A stretch of DNA of 64,000 nucleotides from assembly GCF_963921235.1 (NCBI RefSeq), contig NC_086100.1:204106001-204170000 (forward strand), given 5' to 3'. The DNA is from Mobula hypostoma (Eukaryota). Below are positions 37,387 to 50,718 of the stretch, one piece after another. A model generated the notes under the pieces. It saw only the letters and a list, made by a program, of their open reading frames with translations. It was not told the origin of the DNA and made no database searches. The translations under genes were made by a program, and so were the position numbers. The first letter of the stretch is position 1. Each line of letters starts with the position of its first letter.

Positions 37387-39692
37387 TAGAAACATAGAAA
37401 CATAGAAACATAGAAAATAGGTGCAGGAGTAGGCCATTCGGCCCTTCGAGCCTGCACCGCCATTTATTATGATCATGGCTGATCATCCAACTCAGAACCC
37501 AGCCTTCCCTCCATACCCCGTGACCCCTGTAGCCACAAGGGCCATATCTAACTTCCTTTTAAACATAGCTAATGAACTGGCCTCAACAGTTTGCTGTGGC
37601 AGAGAATTCCACAGATTCACCACTCTCTGTGTGAAGAAGTTTTTCCTAACCTCGGTCCTAAAAGGCTTCCCCTCTATCCTCAAACTGTGACCCCTCGTTC
37701 TAGACCTCCCCAACATCGGGAACAATCTTCCCGCATCTAGCCTGTCCAATCCCTTTAGGATCTTATACGTTTCAATCAGATCCCCCCTCAATCTTCTAAA
37801 TTCCAACGAGTACAAGCCCAGTTCATCCAGTCTTTCTTCATATGAAAGACCTGCCATCCCAGGAATCAATCTGGTGAACCTTCTTTGTACTCCCTCTATG
37901 GCAAGGATGTCTTTCCTCAGATTAGGGGACCAAAACTGCACACAATACTCCAGGTGTGGTCTCACCAAGGCCTTGTACAACTGCAGTAGTACCTCCCTGC
38001 TCCTGTACTCGAATCCTCTCGCTATAAATGCCAGCATACCGTTCGCCTTTTTCACCGCCTGCTGTACCTGCATGCCCACTTTCAATGACTGGTGTATAAT
38101 GACACCCAGGTCTCGTTGCACCTCCCCTTTTCCTAATCGGCCACCATTCAGATAATAATCTGTTTTCCTATTTTTGCCACCAAAGTGGATAACTTCACAT
38201 TTATCCACATTAAATTGCATCTGCCATGAGTTTGCCCACTCACCCAACCTATCCAAGTCACCCTGCATCCTCTTAGCATCCTCCTCACTGCTAACACTGC
38301 CACCCAGCTTCGTGTCATCCGCAAACTTGGAGATGCTGCATTTAATTCCCTCATCCAAGTCATTAATATATATTGTAAACAACTGGGGTCCCAGCACTGA
38401 GCCTTGCGGTACCCCACTAGTCACCGCCTGCCATTCTGAAAAGGTCCCGTTTATTCCCACTCTTTGCTTCCTGTCTGCTAACCAATTCTCCACCCACACC
38501 AATACCTTACCCCCAATACCATGTGCTTTAAGTTTGCACACTAATCTCCTGTGTGGGACCTTGTCAAAAGCCTTTTGAAAATCCAAATATACCACATCCA
38601 CTGGTTCTCCCCTATCCACTCTACTAGTTACATCCTCAAAAAATTCTATGAGATTCGTCAGACATGATTTTCCTTTCACAAATCCATGCTGACTTTGTCC
38701 GATCATTTCACCGCTTTCCAAATGTGCTGTTATCACATCCTTGATAACTGACTCCAGCAGTTTCCCCACCACCAACGTTAGGCTAACCGGCCTATAATTC
38801 CCCGGTTTCTCTCTCCCTCCTTTTTTAAAAAGTGGGGTTACATTAGCCACCCTCCAATCCTCAGGAACTAGTCCAGAATCTAACGAGTTTTGAAAAATTA
38901 TCACTAATGCATCCACTATTTCTTGGGCCACTTCCTTAAGCACTCTGGGATGCAGACCATCTGGCCCTGGGGATTTATCTGCCTTCAATCCCTTCAATTT
39001 ACCTAACACCACTTCCCTACTAACATGTATTTCGCTCAGTTCCTCCATCTCACTGGACCCTCTGTCCCTTACTATTTCTGGAAGATTATTTATGTCCTCC
39101 TTAGTGAAGACAGAACCAAAGTAATTATTCAATTGGTCTGCCATGTCCTTGCTCCCCATAATCAATTCACCTGTTTCTGTTTGCAGGGGACCTACATTTG
39201 TCTTTATCAGTCTTTTCCTTTTTACATATCTATAAAAGCTTTTACAGTCCGTTTTTATGTTCTCTGCCAGTTTTCTCTCATAATCTTTTTTCCCCTTCCT
39301 AATTAAGCCCTTTGTCCTCCTCTGCTGAACTCTGAATTTCTCCCAGTCCTCAGGTGAGCCACTTTCTCTGGCTAATTTGTATGCTACTTCTTTGGAATTG
39401 ATACTATCCCTAATTTCTCTTGTCAGCCACGGGTGCACTACCTTCCTTGATTTATTCTTTTGCCAAACTGGGATGAACAATTGTTGTAGTTCATCCATGC
39501 AACCTTTAAATGCCTGCCATTGCATATCCACCGTCAATCCTTGAAGTGTCATTTGCCAGTCTATCTTAGCTAATTCATGTCTCATACCTTCAAAGTTACC
39601 CCTCTTTAAGTTCAGAACCTTTGTTTCTGAATTAACTACGTCACTCTCCATGTTAATGAAGAATTCCACCATATTATGGTCACTCTTACCCA
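37387..39692 (-). mobile_element. CR1 family A, 5'-truncated, ORF2 open for 733 codons to its natural stop
   Basis: ORF 37492-39693 with complete RT; (TAGAAACA)3 tail on the + strand. Confidence 0.96.
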
Positions 39693-39719
39693 TACTTAGA
39701 GCTTAGAACTTAGAACAGA

Positions 39720-42700
39720 GGGAAGATCCTGCAAATAGATTTAGAATTTAGGTAGTTAGGTAGAAAGTTAAGAAGTAGGAAATCTGGGGTGGTGATCTCA
39801 GGAATAATTCAGGACCCACATGCCTGTGAGGTAAGAGATGGCAAGGTGGTATAGTGAAATGTGTGTCTAACAATCTGGTGCAAGAGGCATGGCATCAGGA
39901 ACACAGATCACTGCGTTCTTTTCCAGGATAGGTGGGCTGGTGTAGGGAGGATGGGTTACACCTGTACTGAGGGGAGCTAATATTCTGACAGGGAATTTTG
40001 TTGGAGCCACTCTTGCAGTTTTCTCATTTGGCATGTGTGTGAGGAAGGGGATGTGGAGGAAGGGGATGTGGGGGAAGGGGGTGTGTGGGAAGGGGATGTG
40101 TGGGAAGGGGATGTGGAGGAAGGGGGTGTGGAGGAAGGGGGTGTGGAGGAAGGGGGTGTGGAGGAAGGGGATGTGTGGAAAGGGGATGTGTGGGAAGGGG
40201 ATGTGGGGGAAGGGGATGTGTGGGAAGGGGGTGTGGAGGAAGGCGGTGTGGAGGAAGGGGATGTGTGGGAAGGGGATGTGTGGGAAGGGGATGTGTGGGA
40301 AGGGGGTGTGGAGGAAGGGGATGTGGAGGAAGGGGATGTGGAGGAAGGGGATGTGGAGGAAGGGGATGTGTGGGAAGGGGATGTGGAGGAAGGGGATGTG
40401 GAGGAAGGGGGTGTGTGGGAAGGGGATGTGGAGAAAGGGGGTGTGGAGGAAGGGGATGTGGAGGAAGGGGATGTGGAGGAAGGGGATGTGGAGGAAGGGG
40501 ATGTGTGGGAAGGGGGTGTGGAGGAAGGGGATGTGGAGGAAGGGGATGTGGGGGAAAGGGATGTGTGGGAAGGGGATGTGTGGGAAGGGGATGTGTGGGA
40601 AGGGGATGTGTGGGAAGGGGATGTGGAGGAAGGGGATGTGGAGGAAGGGGATGTGTGGAGGAAGGGGGTGTGGCGGAAGGGGGTGTGGGGGAAGGGGATG
40701 TGGAGGAAGGGGGTGTGGAGGAAGGGGATGTGGGGGAAGGGGATGTGGAGGAAGGGGGTGTGGGGGAAGGGGATGTGTGGGAAGGGGGTGTGGAGGAAGG
40801 GGATGTATAGGAAGGGGGTGTGGAGGAAGGGGATGTGGGGGAAGGAGATGTGAAAGAAGGGGATGTGGAGGAAGGGGATGTGAAGGAAGGGGATGTGAAA
40901 GAAGGGGATGTGAAAGAAGGGGATGTGGAGGAAGGGGATATGGAGGAAGGGGATGTGTGGGAAGGGGATGTGTGGGAAGGGGATGTGTGGGAAGGGGATG
41001 TGTGGGAAGGGGATGTGGAGGAAGGGGATGTGGAGGAAAGGGATGTGGAGGAAGGGGATGTGTGGGAAGGGGATGTGGAGGAAGGGGGTGTGGAGGAAGG
41101 GGATGTGTGGGAAGGGTATGTGGAAGAAGGGGATGTGTGGGAAGGGGATGTGGAGGAAGGGGATGTGTGGGAAGGGGATGTGTGGGAAGGGGATGTGGAG
41201 GAAGGGGATGTGGAGGAAGGGGATGTGTCGGAAGGGGATGTGGGGGAAGGGGGTGTGGAGGAAGGGGGTGTGGAGGAAGGGGATGTGGGGGAAGGGGATG
41301 TGGAGGAAGGGGATGTGAAAGAAGGGGATGTGGAGGAAGGGGATGTGGAGGGAGGGGGTGTGTGGGAAGGGGATGTGGAGGAAGGAGATGTGGAGGAAGG
41401 GGGTGTGGAGGAAGGGGGTGTGGAGGAAGGGGATGTGTGGGAAGGGGATGTGTGGGAAGGGGAAGTGTGGGAAGGGGATGTGTGGGAAGGGGATGCGGAG
41501 GAAGGGGATGCGGGGGAAGGGGATGTGTGGGAAGGGGATGTGTGGGAAGGGGATGTGGAGGAAGGGGATGTGGAGGAAGGGGATGTGGAGGAAGCGGGTG
41601 TGGAGGAAGCGGGTGTGGAGGAAGGGGATGTGGGGGAAGGGGATGTGGGGGAAGGGGATGTGAAAGGAGGGGATGTGAAAGGAGGGGATGTGAAGGGAGG
41701 GGATGTGGAGGGAGGGGGTGTGTGGGAAGGGGATGTGGAGGAAGGGGATGTGGAGGAAGGGGATGTGGAGGAAGGGGATGTGGGGGAAGGGGATGTGGGG
41801 GAAGGGGATGTGTGGGAAGGGGATGTGGGGGAAGGGGATGTGGGGGAAGGGGAAGTGTGGGAAGGGGATGTGTGGGAAGGGGATGTGTGGGAAGGGGATG
41901 TGTGGGAAGGGGATGTGGAGGAAGGGGATGTGTGGGAAGGGGATGTGGAGGAAGGGGGTGTGGAGGAAGGGGATGTGGGGGAAGGGGATGTGGAGGAAGG
42001 GGATGTGTGGGAAGGGGATGTGGAGGAAGGGGATGTGGAGGAAGGGGATGTGGAGGAAGTGGGTGTGGAGTAAGGGGGTGTGGGGGAAGGGGATGTGGAG
42101 GAAGGGGATGTGGGGGAAGGGGATGTGGGGGAAGGGGATGTGGAGGAAGCGGGTGTGGAGGAAGCGGGTGTGGAGGAAGGGGGTGTGTGGGAAGGGGATG
42201 TGTGGGAAGGGGATGTGGAGGAAGGGGATGTGGGGGAAGGGGATGTGTGGGAAGGGGATGTGTGGAGAGGGGATGTGGGGGAAGGGGATGTGTGGGAAGG
42301 GGGTGTGGAGGAAGGGGATGTGGAGGAAGGGGATGTGTGGGAAGGGGATGTGTGGGAAGGGGATGTGGAGGAAGGGGATGTGGAGGAAGGGGATTGGAGG
42401 AAGGGGATTGGAGGAAGGGGATGTGTGGGAAGGGGATGTGGAGGAAGGGGATGTGTGGGAAGGGGATGTGTGGGAAGCGGATGTGGAGGAAGGGGGTGTG
42501 TGGGAAGGGGATGTGGAGGATGGGGGTGTGGAGGAAGGGAGTGTGGAGGAAGGGGATGTGGGGGAAGGGGATGTGGGGGAAGGGGGTGTGGAGGAAGGGG
42601 GTGTGGAGGAAGGGGGTGTGGAGGAAGGGGGTGTGGAGGAAGGGGATGTGTGGGAAACAGAGATATGGATCAGTAAGTAGCATTGAGCAGAAGGTAGAGA

Positions 42701-43365
42701 CGAGGTCGAGAAACTCCATCAGGAAGTCAAGATGGGGCATTGTTAATGGGCACAGTGGCACCAAGGGGCTGAAGTGTGTTTATTTCAGTGCAGGATGTAC
42801 CAGGATTACTCTGTGACACATTACAATGATCTGGCTGAGAGAAGGGTAGGAGTGATAGCTAAACATTCCAGGATTCAGATGATTCAAACAGTCCAGAGGG
42901 AGGTGAATGAGGTTGGGGAGCTGCAATGCTGATCAGGCAAAATGTCACAAAATGTCATCCAAAAGGCTCATCCAGTAAAATAAGGACACAGGAATAATAA
43001 AGGTGCAAACACTGTTGTGGGATTATACTATAAACATCCCAATTGACAGTGAGAGAGATCAACAGATATGTCAGCTGGTTATGGACTGATGTAAAACAAT
43101 AGAATAGCTGTCGTGGGTGATTAATCTCCCCAGAATGACAGGATCTCCCTTGCAGCCTAAGGCTTGAATGGGGCATTATTTGTTAGGTGTGTTCAGAAAT
43201 GTTTCCTGAAACAGTATGTAGATGGTCACCAGGGAGGGGTACATACTTGACATTGTATCGGGAAATGAGCCTAAAGAGATGACTGGAGTTTCATTGGGAA
43301 AGATTTAAGAATTATAATTCTGAAAGGTTTCAGAGAGTTATTGATAAGGATAAGATTGAACCTGT
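39720..43365 (+). mobile_element. Old CR1 (ORF1 end and APE region) split by the minisatellite
   Basis: ggggtggtgatctcagga and gatgggttacacctg before the array; GLKCVYFSA and APE remnants after it. Confidence 0.7.
40033..42656. repeat. G-rich 15-bp minisatellite, ~175 units (GGAGGAAGGGGATGT / GTGGGAAGGGGATGT / GGGGGAAGGGGATGT variants)
   Basis: Direct inspection; register shifts near 40655 and 42395-42410. Confidence 0.97.
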
Positions 43366-43391
43366 AGGTTAATAAATGTAAATTTGTGCAT

Positions 43392-45016
43392 CAGAAACAA
43401 AGGTGATGAACTGAGAGCTTGGATACATACATGGAGTTATGATGTAGTGTCCATTACAGAGACTTGGCTGGCACCAGGGCAGGAATGGATTCTCAATATT
43501 CCTGGATTTCACTGCTTCAAAAGGGATTGACTCTTTTGAGTCAATATGGCTGGAAGTCAGGAACAGTAGAGTTACTGCTACTTGGGGTATTCTATAGGCC
43601 TCCAGATAGCAGCCGAGATACAGAGGAGCAGATTGGGACGCTGATTTTGGAAAGGTGCAAAAATAACTGGGTTATTATCATGGGTGACTTTAACTTCACT
43701 AATATTGATTGGCACCTGATTAGTTCCAAGGGTTTAGATGGGGCAGAATTTGTTAAGTGTGTCCAGGATGGATTCCTGTCACAGTATGTGGACAGGCCCA
43801 CCAGGGGGAATGCCATACTAGATCTAGTACTAGGTAATATACCGGGTCAGGTCACAGATCTCTCAGTGGGTGAGCATCTGGGGGACAGTGACCACTGCTC
43901 CCTGGCCTTTAGCATTATCATGGAAAAGGATAGAATCCAAGAGGACAGGAAAATTTTTAATTGGGGAAAGGCAAATTATGAAGCTATAAGGCTAGAACTT
44001 ACGGGTGTGAATTGGGATGATGTTTTTGCAGGGAAATGTACTATGGACATGTGGTCGATGTTTAGAAATCTCTTGCGGGATGTAAGGGATAAATTTGTCC
44101 TGGTGAGGAAGATAAAGAATGGAAGGGTGAAGGAACCATGGGTAACAAGTGAGGTGGAAAATCTAGTCAGGAGGAAGAAGGCAGCTTACATGAGGTTTAG
44201 GAAGCAAGGATCAGATGGGTCTATTGAGGAATATAGGGAAGCAAGAAACGAGCTTAAGAAGGAGCTGAGAAGAGCAAGAAGGGGGCATGAGAAGGCCTTG
44301 GCGAGCAGGGTAAAGGAAAACCCCAAGGCATTCTTCAATTATGTGAAGAAAAAAAGGATGACAGGAGTGAAGGTAGGACCGATTAGAGATAAAGGTGGGA
44401 AGATGTGCCTGGAGGCTGTGGAAGTGAGCGAGGTCCTCAATGAATGCTTCTCTTCGGTATTCACCAATGAGAGGGAACTTGATGATGGTGAGGACAACAT
44501 TAGTGAAGTTGATGTTCTGGAGCATGTTGATATTAAGGGAGAAGAGGTGTTGGAGTTGTTAAAATACATTAGGGACAGATAAGTCCCCGGGGCCTGACGG
44601 AATATTCCCCAGGCTGCTCCACGAGGCGAGAGAAGAGATTGCTGAGACTCTGGCTAGGATCTTTATGTCCTCGTTGTCTCCGGGAATGGTAGCGGAGGAT
44701 TGAAGGGAGGCGAATGTTGTCCCTTTGTTCAAAAAAGGTAGTAGGGATAGTCCGGGTAATTATAGACCAGTGAGCCTGATGTCTGTGTTGGGAAAGCCGT
44801 TGGAAAAGATTCTTAGAGATAGGATCTATAAGCATTTAGAGAATCATGGTCTGATCAGGGACAGTCAGCATGGCTTTGTGAAGGGCAGATCGTGTCTAAC
44901 AAGCCTGATAGAGTTCTTTGAGGAGGTGACCAGGCATATAGATGAGGGTAGTGCAGTGGATGTGATCTATATGGATTTTAGCAAGGCATTTGACAAGGTT
45001 TCACACGGTGGGCTTC
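43392..45016 (+). mobile_element. CR1 family C, 5' half of ORF2, truncated inside RT
   Basis: GVFYRPP, MGDFNF, LGDSDH, YMDFSKAFDKV. Confidence 0.92.
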
Positions 45017-48000
45017 ACTAGTATATCTGCCTCCACCACTGACTCAGGCAGTGCATTCCACGTTCCAACCACTCTGAGTAAAAAACCTTCCTCTAATATC
45101 CCGCTTGAACTTCCCATCCCTTACCTTAAAGCCATGTCCTCTTGTATTGAGCAGTGATGCCCTGGGGAAGAGGCGCTGGCTATCCATCCTATCTATTCCT
45201 CTTATTATCTTGTACACCTCTGTCATGTCTCCTCTCATCCTCCTCCTCTCCAAAGAGTAAAGCCCAAGCTCCCTTAATCTCTGATCATAATGCATACTTT
45301 CTAAACCAGGCAGCATCCTGGTAAATCTCCTCTGTACCCTTTCCAATGCTTCCATATCCTTCCTATAGTGAGGTGACCAGAAATGGACACAGTACTCCAA
45401 GTGTGGCCTAACCAGAGTTTTATGCAGCTGCATCATTACATCGCGAGTCTTAAACTCTATCCCTCGACTTATGAAAGCTAACACCCCATAAGCTTTCTTA
45501 ACTACCCTATCCACCTGTGAGGCAACTGTCAGGGATCTGTGGATATGTACCCCCAGATCCCTCTGCTCCTCCAAACTACCAAGTATCCTGCCATTTACTT
45601 TGTACCCTCCCTTGGAGTTTGTCCTTCCAAAGTGTACCACCCCACACTTCTCCAAGTTTAACTCCATCTGCCACTTCTCAGCCCTCTTCTGCATCCTATC
45701 AATGTGCCTCTGCAATCTTCGACAATCCTCCACACTATCTACAACACCACCAACCTTCGTGTCGTCTGCAAACTTGCCAACCCGCCATTATACCCCAACA
45801 TCCAGGTCGTTAATAAAAATCACCAAAAGTAGAGGTCCCAGAACAGAACCTTGTGAGACACCACTGGTCACAATCCTCCAATCTGAATGTACTCCCTCCA
45901 CCACCCTCTGCCTTCTGCAGGCAAGCCAATTCTGAATTCACCTGGCCAAACTTCCCTGGAACCCATGCTTCCTACGTTTCTGAATAAACCTACTGTGTGG
46001 AACCTTGTCAAATGTCTTACTAAAATCCATATACATCACATCCACTGCACCACCCTCATCTATCTGTCTGGTCACCTCCTCAAAGAACTCTATCAGGCTT
46101 GTTAGACACGATCTGCCCTTCACAAAGCCATGCTGACTGTCCCTGATCAGACCATGATTCTCTAAATGCCTATAGATTGTATCTCTAAAAATCCTTTCCA
46201 ACAGCTTTCCCACCACAGACATAAGGCTCACTGGTGTATAATTACCCGGACTATCCCTACTCCCTTTTTTGAACAAGCGGACATCATTCGCCTCCCTCCA
46301 ATCCTCCGGTACCATTCCCGTGGACAACGAGGACATAAAGATCCTAGCCAGAGGCTCAGCAATCTCTTCTCTCACCTCATGGAGCAGCTTGGGGAATATT
46401 CCGTAAGGCCCCGGGGACTTATCTGTCCTAATGTATTTTAACAACTGCAACATCTCCTCTCCCTTAATATCAACATGCTCCAGAACATCAACCTCATTCA
46501 TATTGTCCTCACCGTCATCAAGTTCCCTCTCATTGGTGAATACCGAAGAGAAGTATTCATTGAGGACCTCGCTCACTTCCTCAGCCTCCAGGCACATCTT
46601 CCCACCTTTATCTCTAATCGGTCCTACCTTCACTCCTGCCATCCTTTTTTTCTTCACATAATTGAAGAATGCCTTGGGGTTTTCCTTTACCCTACTCACC
46701 AAGGCCTTCTTATGCCCCCTTCTTCCTCTTCTCAACCCCTTCTTAACCTCCTTTCTTGCCTCCCTATATTCCTCAATAGACCCATCTGATCCTTGCTTCC
46801 TAAACCTCATGTATGCTGCCGTCTTCCACCTGACTAGATTTTGCACCTCACTTGTCACCCATGGTTCCTTCACCCTACCATTCTTTATCTTCCTCACTGG
46901 GACAAATTCATCCCTAACATCCGGCAATAGATCTCTAAACATCGACCACATGTGCACAGTAGATTTCCCTGCAAAAACATCATCCCAATTCACACCCGCA
47001 AGTTCTAGCCTTATAGCCTCATAATTTGCCTTTCCCCAATTAAAAATTTTCCTGTCCTCTTGGATTCTATCCTTTTCCATGATAATGCTAAAGGCCAGGG
47101 AGCAGTGGTCACTGTCCCCCAGATGCTCACACACTGAGAGATCTGTGACCTGACCCGGTTCATTACCTAATACTAGATCTAGTATGGCATTCCCCCTGGT
47201 CGGCCTGTCCACATACTGTGACAGGAATACGTCCTGGACACACTTAGCAAACTCTGCCCCATCTAAACCCTTGGAACTAATCAGGTGCCAATCAATATTA
47301 GGGAAGTTAAAGTCACCCATGATAACAACCCTGTTATTTTTGCACGTTTCCAAAATCTGCCTCCCAATCTGCTCCTCTGTATCTCTGCTGCTACCAGGGG
47401 GTCTATAGAATACCCCCAGAGAGTAACTGCTCCCTTCCTGTTCCTGACTTCCACCCATATTGAGTCAGAGGAGGATCCTGCTACATTACCCATCCTTTCT
47501 GTAGCTGTAATAGTATCCCTGACCAGTAATTCCACCCCTCCTCCCCCTTTTCCACCTTCTCTATCCCTTTTAAAGCACTGAACTCCAGGAATATTGAGAA
47601 TCCATTCCTGCCCTGGTGCCAGCCAAGTCTCTGTATTGGCCACTACATCATAATTCCATGTATGTATCCAAGCTCTCAGTTCATCACCTTTGTTCCTGAT
47701 GCTCCTTGCATTGAGGTACACACATTTCATCCCTTTTACCTTACTGTCTACACCGTTTATTCTGCTTCTCTTTCCTCAAAGCCTCTCTGTATGTTAGATC
47801 TGGCTTTACTCCATGCACTTCTTTCACTGCTCTATCGCTCTGGGTCCCATCCCCCTCGCAAATTAGTTTAAACCCCCCTCCCTGAACCGTGCCAGCAAAC
47901 CTACCTGCAAGGATATTGCTCCCCCTCGAGTTCAGGTGCAACCCATCCAATCTGTACAGGTCCCACCTTCCCCAGAAGAGATCCCAATGATCTAAAAATC

Positions 48001-49159
48001 TAAAACCCTGCTCCCTGCACCAACTCCTCAGCCACGCATTCAACTGTCATCCCCTCCAATTCTTACCATCACTGTCACGTAGCACTGGCAACAATCCTGA
48101 GAACGCCACCCTTGAGGTCCTGTTCTTCAGCCTTCTGCCTAATTCCCGAAACTCACACTTCAGGACCTCATCCCTCTTCCTGTCTATGTCGTTGGTCCCA
48201 ACATGTATCACGACTTCTGGTTGCTTTCCCTCTCGTACCAGGATGTCGTGCACCCGGTCAGAGACATCACCCTGGCACCCGGGAGGCAACAAACCATGCG
48301 GGTGTCCTTCTCACGTCAACAAAATCTCCTGTCTGCTCCCCTGACTGTAGAGTCTCCAATGACGACAGCTCTCCTCTACTCCGTCCCACCCTTCTGCACC
48401 ACAGGGTCAGACTCAATGCCGGAGGCCCTGCCACCGTAGCTCACACCTGGTCGGTCGTCCTCGCCAACAGTATCCAGGACGGTAAACTTATTATTCAGGG
48501 GACTGGCTACAGGGTTGCTCTGCACTACCTGTCTACTCACCTTCGCTTTCCCCCCTCTGACTGTCACCCAATGACCTGCTTCCGACAACCTAGGTGTGAC
48601 TACCTCCCGGTAGCTCTCATCTGTGACTGCCTCATTCTCCCTTATGAGTCGAAGGTCATCCAGCTGCTGCTCCAGTTTCCTTACATGGTCTTCCAGAACG
48701 CCCAGACGTATGCACTTCTGGCAGATGTGACTCTGCGGGAGAGGGGCGTTCCCCCAAGACTGCCACATCTCACATGAGAGGCACATCACCGTCTCAGGAG
48801 ACATTGTAAAAACTAACTGCGAGCTAGCTTGCCCTCCATCTCTTCTCGTCGAAGCCTCTCGAGTCAAAGCCTCAAAGCTCCACTCCTTCACTAGCTCGCT
48901 CACTCACAGGCCGCTTCGCTTGCGCTATCCCTCTATTTATCTGTTTGAGCTTTTCAAAATGTTTGGCCACCTGACCTCGACTGCCCAATCAGCTGCTTTC
49001 TGCTGAGTCTGAGCTATTCAAATCTTGATTGTCTAATCAACGGCTTTCTCCTGATCTATTCAAATCTTGATTGACTTGATTGCACAGACCAACTGCCAAA
49101 ACTGCCAGAATCTCTCGAGTCAAAGCCTCAAAGCTCCACTCCTTCACTGGCCCACTCAC
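45017..49159 (-). mobile_element. CR1 family C, near full length (5' UTR, ORF1 with zinc-finger/leucine-zipper and SGNH esterase, ORF2), lacking the 3' tail
   Basis: ORF1 CLSCEMW...CQKC..L..LE..V..LEQQLDDLR, VIGDSTVRG, VVIHVGTNDI, LDGLHLN; ORF2 CVYLNARSIRNK through RT with several lesions. Confidence 0.94.
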
Positions 49160-49160
49160 G

Positions 49161-50718
49161 CACTTAGGACGGATAAGTCGCCGGGGCCTGACGGAATATT
49201 CCCCAGGCTGCTCCATGAGGCGAGGAACGAGATTGCTGCGCCTTTGGCTAGGATCTTTATGTCCTCGTTGACCACGGGAACGGTACCGGAGGACCGGAGG
49301 GAGGCGAATTTTGTCCCCTTGTTCAAAAAAGGTAGTAGGGATAGTCTATGTAATTATAGACCAGTGAGCCTTACATCTGTGGTGGGAAAGCTGCTGGAAA
49401 AGATTCATAGAGATAGGATCTATGAGCATTCAGATAACCATGATCTGATCAGGGACAGTCAGCATGGCTTTGTGAAGGGCAGATTGTGTCTAACAAGCCT
49501 GATAGAGTTCTTTGAGGAGGTGACCAGGCATATAGATGAGGGTAGTGCAGTGGATGTGATCTATATGGATTTTAGTAAGGCATTTGACAAGGTTCCACAC
49601 GGTAGGCTTATTCAGAAAGTTAGAAGGCATGGGATCCAGTGAAGTTTGGCTAGGTGGATTCAGAATTCGCTTGCCTGCAGAAGGCAGAGGGTTGTGGTAG
49701 AGGGAGTACATTCAGATTGGAGGATTGTGACTAGTGGTGTCCCACAAGGATCTGTTCTGGGACCTCTGCTTTCCGTGATTTTTATTAACGACCTGGATGT
49801 TGGGGTAGAAGGGTGGGTTGGCGATTTTGCAGATGACACAAAGGTTGGTGGTGTTGTAGATAGTGTAGAGGATTGTCAAAGATTGCAGAGACACATTGAT
49901 AGGATGCAGAAGTGGGCTGAGAAGTGGCAGATGGAGTTCAACCTGCAGAAGTGTGAGGTGGTACACTTTGGAAGGACAAACTCCAAGGCAGAGTACAAAG
50001 TAAATGGCAGGATACTTGGTGGTGTGGAGGAGCAGAGGGATCTGGGGGTACATGTCCACAGATCCCTGAAAGTTGCCTCACAGTTGGATAGAGTAGTTAA
50101 GAAAGTTATGGGGTGTTAGCTTTCATATTTCGAGGGATAGAGTTTAAGAGTCGCGATGTGATGATGCAGCTCTATAAAACTCCGGTGAGGCCACACTTGG
50201 AGTACTGTATCCAGTTCTGGTCACCTCACTATAGGAAGGATGTGAAAGCATTGGGAAGGGTAAGGAGGAGATTTACCAGGATGCTGTCTGGTTTAGAGGG
50301 TATGCATTATGATCAGAGATTAAGGGAGCTGGGGCTTTACTCTTTGGAGAGAAGGAGGATGAGAGGAGGCATGATAGAGGTGTACAAGATAATAAAAGGA
50401 ATAGATCGAGTGGATAGCCAGCGCCTCTTCCCCAGGGCACCACTGCTCAATACAAGAGGATATGAATTTAAGGTAAGGGGTGGGAAGTTCAAGGGGGATA
50501 TCAGAGGAAGGTTTTTTACTCAGAGAGTGGTTTGTGCGTGGAATGCACTGCCTGAGTCAGTGGTGGAGGCAGATACACTAGTGAAGTTTAAGAGACTACT
50601 AGACAGGTATATGGAGGAATTTAAGGTGGGAGCTTATATGGGAGGCAAGGTTTTAGGGTCAGCTCAACATTGTGGGCCGAAGGGCCCGTACTGTGCTGCA
50701 CTATTCTATGTTGTATGT
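49161..50718 (+). mobile_element. CR1 family C, 5'-truncated 3' half with tail
   Basis: KSPGPDG...VPQGSVLGP...FADDTK...FFTQRVV; ttctatgttgtatgtt tail. Confidence 0.93.

Noticed and set aside
40033..42656. CRISPR-like array
   Set aside because: Contiguous tandem units with no unique spacers, no cas genes, eukaryotic context
39867..42816. 965-aa and 927-aa ORFs (Pro/His-rich; GRGCG repeats)
   Set aside because: Translations of the 15-bp minisatellite, open in several frames on both strands; no non-repetitive domain or gene context
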